A stretch of DNA of 64,000 nt from Chrysomallon squamiferum (lineage: Eukaryota; Animalia; Mollusca), in NCBI GenBank assembly GCA_012295275.1, contig CM022670.1, forward strand, positions 15,686,001 to 15,750,000, written 5' to 3'. Shown here piece after piece: positions 1-15,644 of this stretch (the stretch's first letter is position 1; the number at the start of each line of letters is the position of its first letter). The position numbers were made by a program, and so were the translations under genes. Under the pieces are notes generated by a model. That model did not search any database. It had not been told where the DNA came from and saw nothing but the letters and a program-made list of their open reading frames with translations.

Positions 1-96
1 GGTTCGGGGGAACAAAAAAAAAAGAGTTGGAATATTATTACTGACAACATGAATTATTGTACTCTCCCCGTGTTACAAATAAGTTAACAATTTTTA

Positions 97-164
<68 letters not shown>

Positions 165-219
165 TTGTAATAGTTATTATCATCTTTATCAATATTTTAA
201 AAAAAAAATTCCCTTGCAG

Positions 220-271
<52 letters not shown>

Positions 272-659
272 TTGTAATAGTTATATTATCTTTATCACTA
301 TTTTTTTTAAACATTTTCCTTTGTATATTTTATTATTATAATTATAATTATTATTACTGTTACTGTTATTTATAATGAATCCAAATTTATATCCTTAAAA
401 GTATATTCATAATAATACACGATTTATTATAAAGATGTTTTTATTTAAAAATAAATTGATAATAATAACACTAAATAAAAATAGCAACAGCGCTGACCAT
501 CCCACTATGAAACTGCTTCTCCACACACCTTTTCTTTTAAACATTAGGGCTACGTATGTTTTGAAAATCTTTTGTTTTGTTTTTGTTTTTTTTTTTTTTT
601 TTTTTCTTTTCTGATAATAATTTTATATTCCGATGTTTTGTTTTGGAATAATTTATTAA

Positions 660-738
<79 letters not shown>

Positions 739-780
739 TACAGCAGTAGTGATGGAGTAGTATTAGTGGTATAGCAGTAC

Positions 781-813
<33 letters not shown>

Positions 814-818
814 TAGTG

Positions 819-864
<46 letters not shown>

Positions 865-2403
865 CAGCAGCAGCAGCAGCAGCAGTATACTAGTAGTAGT
901 AAATATGTTTGGGGTAAACTTTTATTTAGAAAATTTCTAATATTATATTACACCATTAATATAAGGAAAAGAATACTACAAACCGCCATTATTTATTTAC
1001 TGCTATTACTACTTAACTGAAATTTGTTCTTTTCATATAAAAAATAAGAACCGTACTGTATTGACCTTGCGATGACACATTATATACATTTCAAATAAAC
1101 CAAAATGATCTGTTTACTTCGTAAAACGTTGCACGCTGTATTAATTACACTGTCATTTCACCAAGACTTTTATTTTCCCACGGATGAGCTATGGAAACTT
1201 TTATAATCACGACAAAACGTGTAAAACAATAATAAGAGACATTCAAACGAATCAGTATCCCGAACCACGACTGAGATCATTTATCTCCCTTGTTTATTTG
1301 TTCGACTGGTACCAATAAACAACTCGTGTCTGACATGAACTTCGTCATCATTAGTTAGGCAATCGGTCTGGAATGACACGACAGTGCTGACTATTAGGTA
1401 CTAAGTGGTGCAGTTTTCATTTGTAAACGTGAAGAATTACGCGCGCTTTTCGAGACACATTACTTCAGGAATGTTTTTCTGCAGTGTTTTATTTACCCCT
1501 CGGGGCAGGTCTTTGCTATAACTTTAAACCAATTACCGTGTTCTTCGCTGAGAACATGTTGTAAAATGCCATTTTTGCGATATACAAATTTGTCTTACCC
1601 CATGGAACATTCTTTTTTTTTTTTTTTTTTTTTTTTTTTTCTTTTTTTTGTAATATGTGTTTGTGTTTAGACTTTGAGAGTTTATTCTAAACACACACAA
1701 ACGTCGTACATAACGCCGGTGCCGGACAGTCTGACGAATCTACGGGGAAGTCTCACCACGCTAATTGAACAGGAAATTCTAATCACGACGCGAGGGCACC
1801 GGGGTTGGCACCGAGATGCACATGCGAAGAGGGGTACGGACGTTGCGGAGAAATTTCATTTCGGTTAGTTTATTCTGTCGCACCAAAATCCCGTCCTCGG
1901 CCTAACACGTGCGCGATCCTCTCTGGCTGCTCTCCAAAAACTGGAGACTAGCTGCGGCTAGCGCGCAAACGAAGCGTAGCGAAGCGTGGAAACACAGTTA
2001 CGTTTTGCGTGCGTGTGGCAAGGAAGTGTTGCTCGCGATGCACGTGCATCCGAAGCAGAAACGGGAACTTGAGATTGTGAGTAACTGTTCACGGTGCTAT
2101 GAAAACGTCACCCTCTTGAATTGGTAAACTTACGCCGTAGAAGCTTGTGCACTTTGCACACTTTATTGGCTTCGGATTGGATGAGGCAACATAAACCTCG
2201 TTAAAATGTCTCTTTAAATTTGTAGACATTATCAAGTTGTTCAATAAAACTTTCGAAAATGAGGAAAAGTGCATGTAATAACATTAAAAACTTGTGTTGC
2301 ATATAATTTTCAAATTTAATGGGGGGTTAAACTTTTTTTAGTGCGTTAAAATATTTCAGTATAAACTAGTCACTTTTTATTTAATTTCTTTTCGGTTTTT
2401 TAA

Positions 2404-2439
<36 letters not shown>

Positions 2440-3347
2440 TTTATTTATTTTTTATTTTTTTTTTAAGAATTTTGAACTTGTATATAATTATTGCCTCAGA
2501 TAAAATAAGTAAATTGATTTTTAAACATGAAGACGAGGCAGCGATTATTATTTTATATATAAACATTTTTTATCTTTTTTCTTTTTTTTTTTTACTTCTT
2601 TTTCTTTTAGGACACCTCTTCGCCCGTATCCTCAAACGAAAACGATAATGGTTCCAATTCCGAAAAGAAAGAGAAAGGCAAAGGCAGAACCGGATGGCCA
2701 CAGCACGTATGGGCTTCAGAACTAAAGAACTGATGACATAGAACACAATTTCGAACACGTAGTGCGCAAACTTTGTTCACAATTTGTGGTGGCACTAGCA
2801 CAAATCTACGCAGAACGGTCACAACACACAGCAGCAGCACGGTCATTAACTTATTTTCCTTTCAAAGCGGTACACCTATAAATCAACAGTGTAGATGACG
2901 CTTTAAATAATTCATGATGAAGCTACAAAAGGAAAGAATGTTTTTTCTCAACGTTGTTGGAATAATATTGAGATAAAAGACTATTTATAACCTAATAGCA
3001 GGTGACCTCATTATAAACTTGTGATCTCGAAATGGTGTTACTGGTATTGTAACATTTTTATTTACCACTTTTAACAGTGCTATTCCAATGCTACGTTACT
3101 ATTTATTTAAAATGACTAGAAAAATGTCATTTAGTTTCACTGTGCCAAATGTTCTCTTTTCTTTTTCTTTTTTTTTTCTTTTTTTTCTGTACATATATTA
3201 GAAAACTAATGAAAACTAATAATAACTAGCAAAATTGTGTGCCAAACTTTTAACGTTTTACCTTAACAACATAAAGCGTTCTGTGTCAACGATTCTAACT
3301 TTTCCTTACGGTTTTAACGTTTTTAAAGTTTATTTCTATTAACTGGA

Positions 3348-3386
<39 letters not shown>

Positions 3387-3773
3387 GAGTGAACAATGTA
3401 AAAAATTTAAAACACTCGAGAATGTGAGAAATTGAAATGACTTTCACACGGAGACAGGCGACTCTGAACGGAACAAAAATGTGGTAGTCTCAAAACGATA
3501 GACGGACCAAATATCCGGGGTCACCTGTTATCTCCCCTGTCACGGCTCCGAGACCAGCGTTATCTACGCAGCAGAGACAGACTGCTGCGGGGTGGGCACA
3601 GTAATCCTCATCCAATTGTTTATGGGTGAAATACTGTGAGAAAATAATAGACTCATTAACTAGCGGAAAAAACTCATTCATATAAACGTTTTACTGTTCG
3701 CTTTCGTTAGGCTTGTATCACCGAGGTCGAAATTAGTTTGGAGGGGACCAAGTGCACGTCGTATAAGACGTGA

Positions 3774-3876
<103 letters not shown>

Positions 3877-6800
3877 TGCTATTATTAATATGTAACCATA
3901 ATTTTATTATTATTTATTTTATTTGATTTTATTTATTTCTATTTTTATTATAATATTATATTGAAAAATTTACTATAAAGTTTTTGTTTTTTTGTTTTTT
4001 TGTTTTTTTGAATATTAGAAAACAACAACAGTTATATAAATTGAAATGACCAAACCGATGAATAATGCAATAAAATTCTCCTTTGGGAACAAAAGAGTGT
4101 ATAATTCTTTGGAGAAAACCAAGGGCTCTTTTTTTGATGTTTTTTTTTCCCCCAGTGTAGCTACCGAAATTGGTGCAGTTAGAAAATGATGAAGAGATTT
4201 CAACGGAATCCAGAGAATGCATTAATTTCACAGAGTAAAAGAATGTGGACTAATATATTCTTAGTTCTGGAATAAATATTTTGTTTTTCTTTTTTCTTTA
4301 TTATTATTATTATTATTATTAATTTATTATTTATTTAAAAATATAATTTTTTTTTTTTTCTTTTCCTGATAAAACGTAAAAAACAGGAAATATTTTTATT
4401 AAGAATCTTTCAAGAAGATTTTTAATTATCATAGAAGAAAATTATACCGAAAGAGCAAGTAATGTGTACTACGTATAAGGGAACGTTTTTCATAAACTTT
4501 CCGCTATGTTTAGAAGAGGAACAAAAAAATACATAAATTTATTACATTCAGAATAACGCCGTTGTGAATATGTACTACACAAGCGTCATTTAAATGTTTG
4601 TATAGATGATAAGCGTGTTCTTTTGTTTTGTGTTTTTTCACTGGGTGCCATTGCGTGAGTGTGTGGTGCGTAGATTCAAATAGAGCACTTGTTTTCATTA
4701 TTTCTTTCTCTCGTTATAATCACTGTTCTAAACATGTTGTAATTATTGTTTAAAAGACGAGAAAATTATTTGAAGAGTCGGAAATAAATTTTTGTTTGAA
4801 AAACTAGATCTTCTGTTTTTCCTCTTTTTTTAGTTTGTTCATTTCTTTTCTTATTGTTACTACATTTACTATATATACACTACATATAAACAACGCAGAA
4901 AAAAAAAATATATATAAATATTCACCATCAGTAATAATAATAACAACAACAACAACAAAAACAAGAACTATAATTACAATTATAAAATATTAAAAAAATA
5001 TTTTAAAAACCCCAGTAAATTATGATTATTTAATTCTGTTACATACATTGAAATAACAGATGAGTAAATTAAACACAGTCCATAGCATTCCACATTTCAT
5101 AGTAATATTTCTGTTTTACACACACACACATGCACAAACATTATATCAGACAAGCAAAACTATTAAAACTTTATCAGTTTAAATGTACAAATTACTGCAT
5201 CTTTGGAAATACGGTAAACTTGAATGTAAATTTTCTTGACTTAAAAATTATGCTTATTGTAATTATACTCACTAATAGTACTGGTTAATCTTTTTGTGCG
5301 TGCGAGAAGCTGGTAACAGCTGCACATTAAATTCGGTTTTTTTTTGTTTTTTTTCATCAATTTACATATAATAAAATATAATTTTCAGAGGTAGGCCTAT
5401 ATAGTTCTGCATTTATTGGTTATGAATAACATAGTATTTAAACAAGATTTATCAAAATAAAAACTTCATTATTTTATACAGAAAATATATATAGTAATTA
5501 TAGTTATGTGCCGCTAAAAAATTAATTACATAAAATTATTATTATTATAATTATTAATATTATTATTATTATTATCATCATTATCATTACTATTATTATT
5601 ACTTTATTTATTATTATTGTTGTTGTTTAAAAGCACAAACGACTGATAATATTATAATAATATTATACAAATAGTACATAATTTACATACTACATCATCC
5701 AATTAATCGACAACAAAAAGTAACAAACAAATAATTTTATTTGACATGAGATCATATAAACAGGTAAAACAAACCAATAAACTAATATAATTAACAAAAT
5801 AAAATGTAAATGAATTTTACATAAACTTTAATTAGACAAATAAGCACAGTTAAAAGATGGCTGCTGAGAACTGAGTATCGGAATGCGGTTTCTGTGAAAA
5901 AGTCAGGGACACGTCTTAAAAGCTTTCTGTTACAACAGCGTCCTAAATTAGATGCATGCAAAACACTGGAATGTCGTAGTGACAATAAAAATGTCACTTA
6001 TGTTATTTTAGTGCTCTCATAATTATTTGAAATATATGTTATGCGGAGTTATTTTTCACAAATATTAAAGCTTTATCCAGATTTTAAATATTTGGAAGAT
6101 GTATGTGTGTGAGGGAGAGGAATACGTTTTTCATTTTATTTTATTTATTAATTTTTTTTTTTTTTTTGATAATAATAATAAAAATAATAACAACCAACAA
6201 CAACAACAATAATAGTAGTAAAATGTTAACTATAGTAAATTTGAAAATCATTTTTATTTTATATTTTTTTTCTTAAAAACTCACAATAAAATTTTAAAAT
6301 AGCTGCATAGACTGTGCATTTCGCATCAGGCAGTCACGATAATTTATTTTACTTTTGTTTATATTATTTCTTCTTCTTCTTCTTCTTTATTTTATTTTTA
6401 TTTTTATTTTTTTAAATGGTTTTATAAATAATATATTTAAAACCTGTATTTTCTGTATGGAACAACCTGATATTCTATTAACATTTTTCTGTCTTTTATT
6501 TATTTTAATTATTTATTGATTTATTTTTTTTTTTTTTTTTTTTTTTTTTTATCGGTCTTGTTGATATTGTTTGTTGTTGTTTTTTTTACTCTTTTTTTTT
6601 TCATATTTATATTCTAAAAATTTTTTAAAAATTTTCGTTTTCTTGGTATTCTTTTTCTTCTTCTTCTTTCTTCTTTAAACGTTTTCTTTCTTTTCTCTCA
6701 TTAGAAATAAGAAAGTAAAAAACAAAAATTCTTTTTTTTTTTTTTTTCTTCAAAAATTTCAGTGTTCTCGTGTGTTTTTTTATGTTCATTATATTAAGTT

Positions 6801-7176
6801 AGTTTTGAAATTTGTCCGTGGCGTCAGACAGCTGCGTATGAAACATTACATTCTTATTCAATAAAGATTATTACAAAAATTAGCCACTGTTCGCTGGATG
6901 CCGTTTAAATAACTATGACCACCCATCATTCAGTCTGCCTAGCTAATTTCAACCTTCGATATTAAATTATAAACCATGTGGTTTATGTACGCTGCCGCTT
7001 CGAGCAAATTATCTTTGACATGACACAATTTACACGGACTACCATCGAGAATTGTGAAGCAAATACGATAATTCGTCCCTTTGCAGCGTCTCATTTCGGA
7101 ATAAATCATTACACAGAAACGATGCTTCGAGGCCGACATATTCAATTAGGAACTGGTCCGCCAGTCGAAGGGAGGA

Positions 7177-7213
<37 letters not shown>

Positions 7214-7750
7214 AACCATGACGAACAAAAATAATGGAGGTCCTTGAGGGTGGGGATGAAAGTAAATAGTAATTTTAAAAAATAACCAAAACAAAAAAGA
7301 TTGAAGAAGCAGGAACTGGAGTAGGACAGAGGTTCCTGTCTTACATTTTATGATATCGAGTTTGAAAACATAATCGTAAGAAAGGTCATCTACTTTGTTT
7401 ACTACATGTACCGAACTGAAAATTGTTTTGAGCTTATTTGCAGACTACAGCAAAGACCCCGCGCCCATTACGCATAGTAATCCGGTAATACGTCTAGACT
7501 GTCTCTGTTTATTCTGTAAAATATATTTTTATTTTTAAAAAGCATAAAACAAACAAAACAAACTCAAAATGCACTTTCACTCGTCCTGAGTTTAGCGGAG
7601 TCAAACACGTTCGGCTGGCCTTCAGCGGACGTAATGCTAAAAACGTTTCTGACTTCATCTTGTGTCTCAAAACTTACAAAGGAATGTTAAATAATCCTGG
7701 AATATTTTGTTTAAATCCAACTCCTCAAGTCTTGTAGTTTCACATATATG

Positions 7751-7792
<42 letters not shown>

Positions 7793-8549
7793 AGCAAAAG
7801 TCAGACAACAAGAAGTCTAGCCACTAAATATAGAAAGTAAATAACACATCAGTCAGTTGAACGTCAGCACAAAACAAGAATCGTTTAAAGAACTAATTTC
7901 GTCTTGCATACCTCCCATCGTAAAGCACGACTGTTTATCGCCTCCCTACCAAGTCTTGTCGTCAGTTTTGACAACACGAATTTTCTTTGCCACGTCTCTC
8001 CAGAATGTCAGACTGGGCATATTTTTTTTTTTTTTTTTTTTTTTTAATTCCATATGAGGAAACCGATCCCGGATTTCACGTGTCTTTGGGGTTGTTTTTG
8101 TCAGTTGATATTCTCCTGAATATAGCGTATTTGTCATCACGTCTATCACAGAATTAGTGTGCTCCATTAGACAAAGATAAGATGGCGAAATCTTTCAACA
8201 TGACTTCGGAAATGTCAGATGTCGGCAGTTTGCACAGAAAAGTAGTAAGATGGAAGGATGAACAAATGAACAGTTTTGAAAGACAAAATTACCGGCAAGA
8301 ACCTGGACTGAATACCTGCATCGTTTTCATCACACCTGCGTTATCCATGCAGAAATGTAAATATGTTGTAATGTGCTGTCTTGATTATTCTTCAGCTTTT
8401 GCAGACACAGACAGAAAGATTGCTTGATAACGAGATAAAAGCTTTCCTGTTATTGTTGTTGTAGTTACTGCAGCTGCTATTGTTGTTTTTGTTTTTGTTA
8501 TCATTATTACTTTTTTTTAAGTGTTTTTTTTTATTTTATTATTGATTGA

Positions 8550-8647
<98 letters not shown>

Positions 8648-9709
8648 TTCTCTCTTTTTTAAGAAAAGGAAACTAGTCTGGATAGCAGACAGTCTAAACA
8701 ATGGCTTTAGAATGAGAACAAAATTTGATATTGCTGTTATTGATGCTCTGGCATGTCTGAATATATTAGTGTCTGTTTAGATTAATTTATATTTCGCCAT
8801 TTCATACATTTTCGGTATTAAATAATATTTTTTCAAGATGTGGGTGTTAAATAATATATTTACAGTTTTAAAAAAAAATGAACCACCTATTGAATTATTT
8901 GTCGATGAATATTAAGATAATGAAAAACACAGAATCCATTACAACTTAAAACATAATTAAAATAAATAAATGGTTATTTTCTCTTTATTCAGTAAAAAGA
9001 AATGAAACAGGATTTCCGCCTTCATTGTGTTTAGCACTTCAAATGCGTCTTTCAAGAACTCGTGAAGTCCCAGATAAACAAAAAAGGAATAATTTACTTT
9101 TCCTTTTAAATGAAGGCTCATTATTCAACGCTTATTTCCAGTTATAAACGATGTCGATGTTACCTCTTGACTTCTTTTGCCATTTGGCGATCGGGTTTCT
9201 CCCTTAGAGTAAATCATCCATTGGACTGGTATAAACTTTACACCGAGAACAGCGCGGCTAGCGGACCGCCCCGAGGAAACCAGTCTAAAGATAGACACGT
9301 GATACGCGTAGACTGGCAGTCGCCGAACCTTGCAGAGGGTCTTGGAGAAAGAAACACGTTTATCTTTGTGAAGGTATTTTATCAGTGAATGAGGATAATT
9401 CACAAGACTGTTGCCATTAACTCTGTATGTCAGCTTCAGACGTGTTTTGTCCTTAACCGTTTAATGACGATGAAAAATAATATTAAAAAAACAACAAGAG
9501 ACCAGTTTGTCAATGTCTGAGCAAAGTAGCCCCTACTGCTATTTGATAAAGAATCCGGTATCACATCATCAGTTTACAAAAAAAAAAAAAAAACTTTAAA
9601 TATTAAAAATAGTAACCGAGCTGCCTTTACATAAATATTCATTCATTCATTATCATCACAATTATCAGTACACACATTGAGAAGTAATTCTGTTATCTGT
9701 GAATTACAA

Positions 9710-9740
<31 letters not shown>

Positions 9741-10029
9741 AAATGTTATAAAAAACAAATGGTTTGGTGCTTGGTAACACAGTTTAAACTGTATTTATAT
9801 TTCATTGTTAATATTATCTGTTATAATTTAAGCTTGATTACTTCAAGACATAATCAAATATGAAGTCGGAGATGATAATACTACGATTACGACGACTACT
9901 ACTCTAAACAATAATTGTAACCACAACACCTATTATTATTATTATTATTATTGTTGTTGTTGTTATTATTACTATTATTTTTATTAGAAGAAGAAGATGA
10001 TGAAACTAAAGAAATATGAGTTTTATGTA

Positions 10030-10205
10030 TCGATGAAATCTTTTAAACGCACCTCTAATTAGATAACTAACTACATACTAAATTCTTTGATGTACCATTC
10101 CTGTTCCACGAGGTGTTAGATGGAAAATGTTAAAGGGCGCTCTTACAAAGATCGATCCCCTGCCCTGTCATGTTTGAGGCCGAGGTCTGCCACTGAATTA
10201 TGGCC
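10030..10205 (-). mobile_element. Degenerate tRNA-derived SINE relic
   Basis: Minus strand reads GGCCATAATTCAGTGGCAG (A-box-like) ... GGGGATCGATC (B-box-like), then ...TGGTACATCAAAG..GTATGT..GGTGCGTTTAAAAGAT. From memory this resembles the central domain of molluscan Meta-type SINEs; not verified by search. Confidence 0.55.
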
Positions 10206-10558
10206 CGTTACAAGACGAGTATGACACATTATAACGTAATTCAGTAACAAAACATTTTACGCCAGGACGTATTCGAGATAAGTGTGAAATAAAAACCAGT
10301 AAAATATCTTCAGAAGGACATAAATCTGTTTTATTTATCAGTAGCTGAATCCTTGATAGTGATGAAATATTTCAAATTTCATAATTCATCATTTGCTGTC
10401 AAACTGGGCATATATCAAATAATTCCACTAACATAGATAAACAACTGTTTCATCTAAAAAATTAAAATTTGTGAACTGAATATTAAATAAATATTAATAT
10501 TATTCATTACTATTTTTATTTTTATTCTTCTTCTTCTTTCTTCTTCTTCTTCTTCTTC

Positions 10559-10637
<79 letters not shown>

Positions 10638-10967
10638 AAGCTATGGAATCTCTGTTACTCATATTTCTGAATTCCTGCTGATTCCCCGCAATAAATTCTC
10701 TTGTTACAGCAAAACGAGATTCTTCTGTCAGAAAACTAAAGTATTTGATAACAAAAACTCGTCAGAACTAATTTGTCTTTTCAAAACTCTTAGCATGATA
10801 CTTAAACTATATCTTAGAGTGTACAAGTTATGTGACATTGCATTAGTAATAGATAATTAATATATTAGAAGCACTATTTAAATCATGTAATATACAGATA
10901 ATATTGTTAAGTTATTTGGTATTACATTTGCATACATAACTAACACAACAGTGATGCGTAAATAAAC

Positions 10968-10970
<3 letters not shown>

Positions 10971-11036
<66 letters not shown>
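10971..11036. repeat. (AG)n microsatellite
   Basis: Perfect dinucleotide run. Confidence 0.95.
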
Positions 11037-11039
<3 letters not shown>

Positions 11040-11916
11040 ATGAATTTTTGGCATAAAAGCGAGAAAGGTAAATTACACACTAATGCGTAAATAAGAATGG
11101 GTTTTTTTTTTTTTTTTGTTGTTGTTGTTTTAACTTTACTAAAACTAATTATACAGTTTAATAAATAATTGTTTCGTACTGAAAACTTAACTTCCTGTAT
11201 AAATAAATTACATTAGTGCATTAATTACAAGACAGGGGTTAAGAATCTGTAATTTTCTCTTTTTGATATTCACCCTTCCTCAGTGTTCGTATAAACATCG
11301 ATTTCTTTTTTTGTTCTTTCTCTCTTGCTTGCTTGCTTTCTTTCTTCTTTCCGAAAGCAATGCCATTAACTGGGATTGAAAATTACAAATTACAACAAAT
11401 ACATGTATATATTTACGGAAAACGTCTCGCATTTCTAAACATTTTAGCAAACGCTTTCTTTTCCGAGTATAAATTATTTTTGTAGGGTAATTCAGCCCCG
11501 CAGGTGCGAGCGACCCAAACGCTCCTGAAAGGCCGATATTAACAGAGACTCCTACTTGTATACACACTCCGCTCGTACCATCCTCTCGCATCCCGGAGAC
11601 AAATGACCGGATGCAGTCGTTATTCAGACGATCAATAAGTAATTAGTCCGGTTTATGACAAGTGAAGTCGCGTGATGGAATTCCACCCAGCGCAGACCGC
11701 TAGCGAGCAGAACGACCAGCTTTATCTTTCTGATCAATTTCCATAACAGCCCATTACGTCACTGCGGTACTGATAAAGTCGAGACGACGCAAAGTTTGAG
11801 ATGATACGGTTTAACTGTCGTATCGGTACTTTTAACCTCGGTTATTTCCGGTTCCTTTAAAAAAAAAAATGAAACGGAAAAATAAAAATGACTTGTGGTG
11901 GTCTTAGAATAAAAAC

Positions 11917-11947
<31 letters not shown>

Positions 11948-12054
11948 TATTTGCGTTTTGCTTGGATTAATTTGAAGTCGAAGTAAAATCATCTGGACAA
12001 CGAGAGAATACGTTTGTCAAAATTAGTTACGCAAAGAGTTAAATAATTTGTTGT

Positions 12055-12260
12055 AATAATACGCAGTAGAACAAAATACAGTACAGTGCACTGTAATACA
12101 CTACAATGCTATACGATATAATATAATACAATACGATATAACACAGTGCAATGCGTTGCAATATAATATAATAATACAAAAGAACACAATGCAATGCAGT
12201 ACAATACAATACAATACAATACAATACAACGCAAAGGAATGCAGCACAGTACAGTATGAT
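12055..12260. repeat. Degenerate pentanucleotide satellite (AATAC-like)
   Basis: 5-bp periodicity with a perfect core (aatac)n at ~12203-12228. A related AATGT/AATAT tract lies at 16120-16300. Confidence 0.85.
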
Positions 12261-12819
12261 ATAAAACTATGAATATGATCGCACAGCTAAACCAAAGTTA
12301 ACTATATAAAGTAAATTAACATTTGTTAGCACTTAATGCCGTTTAATACAATACAACTTCTTTTTCTTTCTTTGTTTTCTTTTATTATTATTATTTTATT
12401 ATTATTTTTATTTTTATTTTTTATTTTTATGAAATAGTTTCAATTTCTTATTGATTGATTTATACCGGTAAGAACAGAAATTCTAATATTTCTACCACCA
12501 GGAACGAGATAATATTGTGAGTAAAAATGGTCTAACTTAATATTCTTTAATGATATTATGATGGAAAGGTAATCTGGGTTTGAAAGTTCTGTGTGTCACT
12601 AGTAAACTGCCTTTGTATAGACGCATCGATTAAGACTCAGTTATAATGGTGTAAACTTGCTTCTAGAGCTTATCCAGGAAATTTTCATTTGTCAAACTGT
12701 CAAATTATATATATATATATAGAACTTTTATTGAAGCATATATTTATTATCTTTATCAATTTTGATAATGATACAGTTACGGAGATAAAACAAATTAAAA
12801 TAATTTTCGATAGAAATAT

Positions 12820-12859
<40 letters not shown>

Positions 12860-13702
12860 TAATAATAATAAATAATAATAAAATTGATAAGATAAAAAAT
12901 TATAATAATAAAATATTTGATTTCAATTTTTGAAAGACTAAAAATATTTATCCTTCTGTCTGTTTGTTTGATTCTGTTTGTTTGATTGTTTTGTTTTGTT
13001 TTGTTTTTCCCATAAATAAAATAAAATAAAATAAAATAAAGCAAAATTAAACGAAGAAGAAGAAGAAAAAAAATAACATACTCCAAAACTAGAATGAGAT
13101 TTAAAAAAAAAAAAAGAAATAAAAATATATAAATATTTAAAAATATATCGTACTTTAAAAGATGATGCAGGTTAAAATGGGAAGAGTTTAAAATCATGAC
13201 CTTGCTATCGCAGTTCTGAAAAATAGCGTGTATCTTTATCATCATCAGTCAACGTAGCAGTATTATCATACCTAGTTATCTAGAATTCCTCTTTGAGGTT
13301 AATACTATCTTTATCACCGCAAAAGATACGAACTGGGATCCAGCTGGGAACGGGGCATCTCGGATGTCGTTGGAGAAACAAATCGTTTACATTTCAGCGC
13401 ATACGTAATTCTGGTGACCGGCCTCATTAGGAAACGGCAAACAGTTTCCGTCGTTAATTCGTCTAAATGGTCGCGAATCATTTAAACGTCTTTACCTCCC
13501 CTGTACTTATCTCAATTTATTTATGCTAATTAGAATTATTAGGTCCCGGGAGTAGGATCAAAGAGCGCGATTTTGTCTGTTTACGGTATCAAAAGGCGTC
13601 ATGCCGTGAAGTATGAACACTCGCACGCGCTCCCTGGCGGCGTTTTGTTATAACATGGCCGCTTGTTTAGCGTGATACAGGAGCTGCCTTGCGTTACGAG
13701 AG

Positions 13703-13754
<52 letters not shown>

Positions 13755-14027
13755 TTTTAATAAAATAATAAAAAATAATAACAAAATAATAAAATAATAA
13801 TAAAACATTTTTAAGAAAAAGATATATGCAAAACTAATTTTATAAAACAAATTAAATTTATGATTTTTAAAAATAAAATAAAATGTGTTTTAAAAAGAAA
13901 AATGTAATAATAAATAGTTTAATAAATAAATAAATAAATAAAATATATATTACTATATTTCTTTTATTATTAATTTTGATAGTAATAATAATATTGTTAT
14001 TATTACAATTATTATTATTATTATTAT

Positions 14028-14058
<31 letters not shown>

Positions 14059-15026
14059 GAGCTGTGGTCTGCTTTATTATAATTATTATTATTAAATTTA
14101 GGACATTTTTTTTTTTCTTGATTTTTTAAAATTAAATGAAATAAATAGGCTAATTATATTTTAAGAAAATGTAATAAATAAATAAATAAATAAATATGAA
14201 TAAATGTCTTTTATCTGCTTTATTTATTATATTATATTATATTATTATATTATATTATATTATTATTATTCATATTTACTTTTGTGTTTATTTCATTTCA
14301 TTTATTATTATTTTCATTTATTGTATTTTTTTATTTTATTGTTTTTATTTTATTTTTATTTTATTTATTTTTATTTTTTTTTTTTTTTTTTATTTTTTTT
14401 ATTTATTTTTTTTTTTTCATTTCATTTTATTTCTATTTCTATTTTATTTTCATTCCTACCCTCCCATCAATTTTTCACCTCATCACTTCAAGTGCGGGCA
14501 GGAAATGTTAAATCTGACACACAAGACAATGTCCACCACACTTAACTGTTGGCCCAACTCGATCTATGTTGTAAAACTGAGAAAAATCCGCCAAGCACAT
14601 GGCCCTGCATGAAACTGTACAGAAAGGCGCTCGGCAAAATAACTCAATTTTATCAGCCTCAATTACCCGCGCATTCGGCGCCAAAAGTACTGCCGATAAC
14701 CAGCGAAGGTGAACGTTTTGCTAAAAAGTAAATGCATGTAGTACATGTTTGCCATTGTACGGATATTGACACTATCTGCTTTCCAAACACAATGAAATGT
14801 CAATGTCAGTGATGTCGTAGGCGGGATAAATGAGTCGGTTTTTGACAACGTGTAATTGACGGAGGGAAGAAGAACGCGAAGATAAAAGTTTAATGTGTGT
14901 AAGCTGTTTGTGTCGGGTAATTTCGCCGTGCGATGTTGGTTGCAGTTTATTTTTGACGTTATAGTGACGGTGATAATAATCATTAAGTTTATTTACGTTG
15001 TTTGTTGGGGAAGGTTCATGATTATG

Positions 15027-15074
<48 letters not shown>

Positions 15075-15191
15075 GTTCTATGATTGTTATTATTTTTATT
15101 AAAATATTATTATTATTGTTATTATTATTATTATTATTATCCTGTGATTGTTATTATTTTATTAAAATATTATTATTATTATTGTTATTAT

Positions 15192-15240
<49 letters not shown>

Positions 15241-15284
15241 GCTATTATTGTCGTTTTGATGATATTATTATTACTGTTGTTTTG

Positions 15285-15318
<34 letters not shown>

Positions 15319-15440
15319 GTGCACGTATTAATTTATTATCATTTTTGGTTAATTTCATTATTTTGTAAAAAAAATTCTTCTGGTTTCTTCTCTTTCTTTT
15401 TTTATTATTTTTATTATTTCTTTATTTCATTTATTATTAC

Positions 15441-15486
<46 letters not shown>

Positions 15487-15613
15487 GAGTAAATAATTTA
15501 TTTTCGAATAATACATTAACTGAATATATGAAATAAATTTAAAAAAAAATATAATTTTTATTAAGTAACCAAACAATAATAATAATAATATCCAAATAAT
15601 AATAATAATAATG

Positions 15614-15644
<31 letters not shown>

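Noticed and set aside
661-900. (CTA)n and (TAG)n tracts able to form a hairpin
   Set aside because: Complementary simple repeats are expected by chance at this microsatellite density.
1599-1610. VPS28 assignment from the MFHG start
   Set aside because: Four residues are not evidence, and no further exons are in the window.
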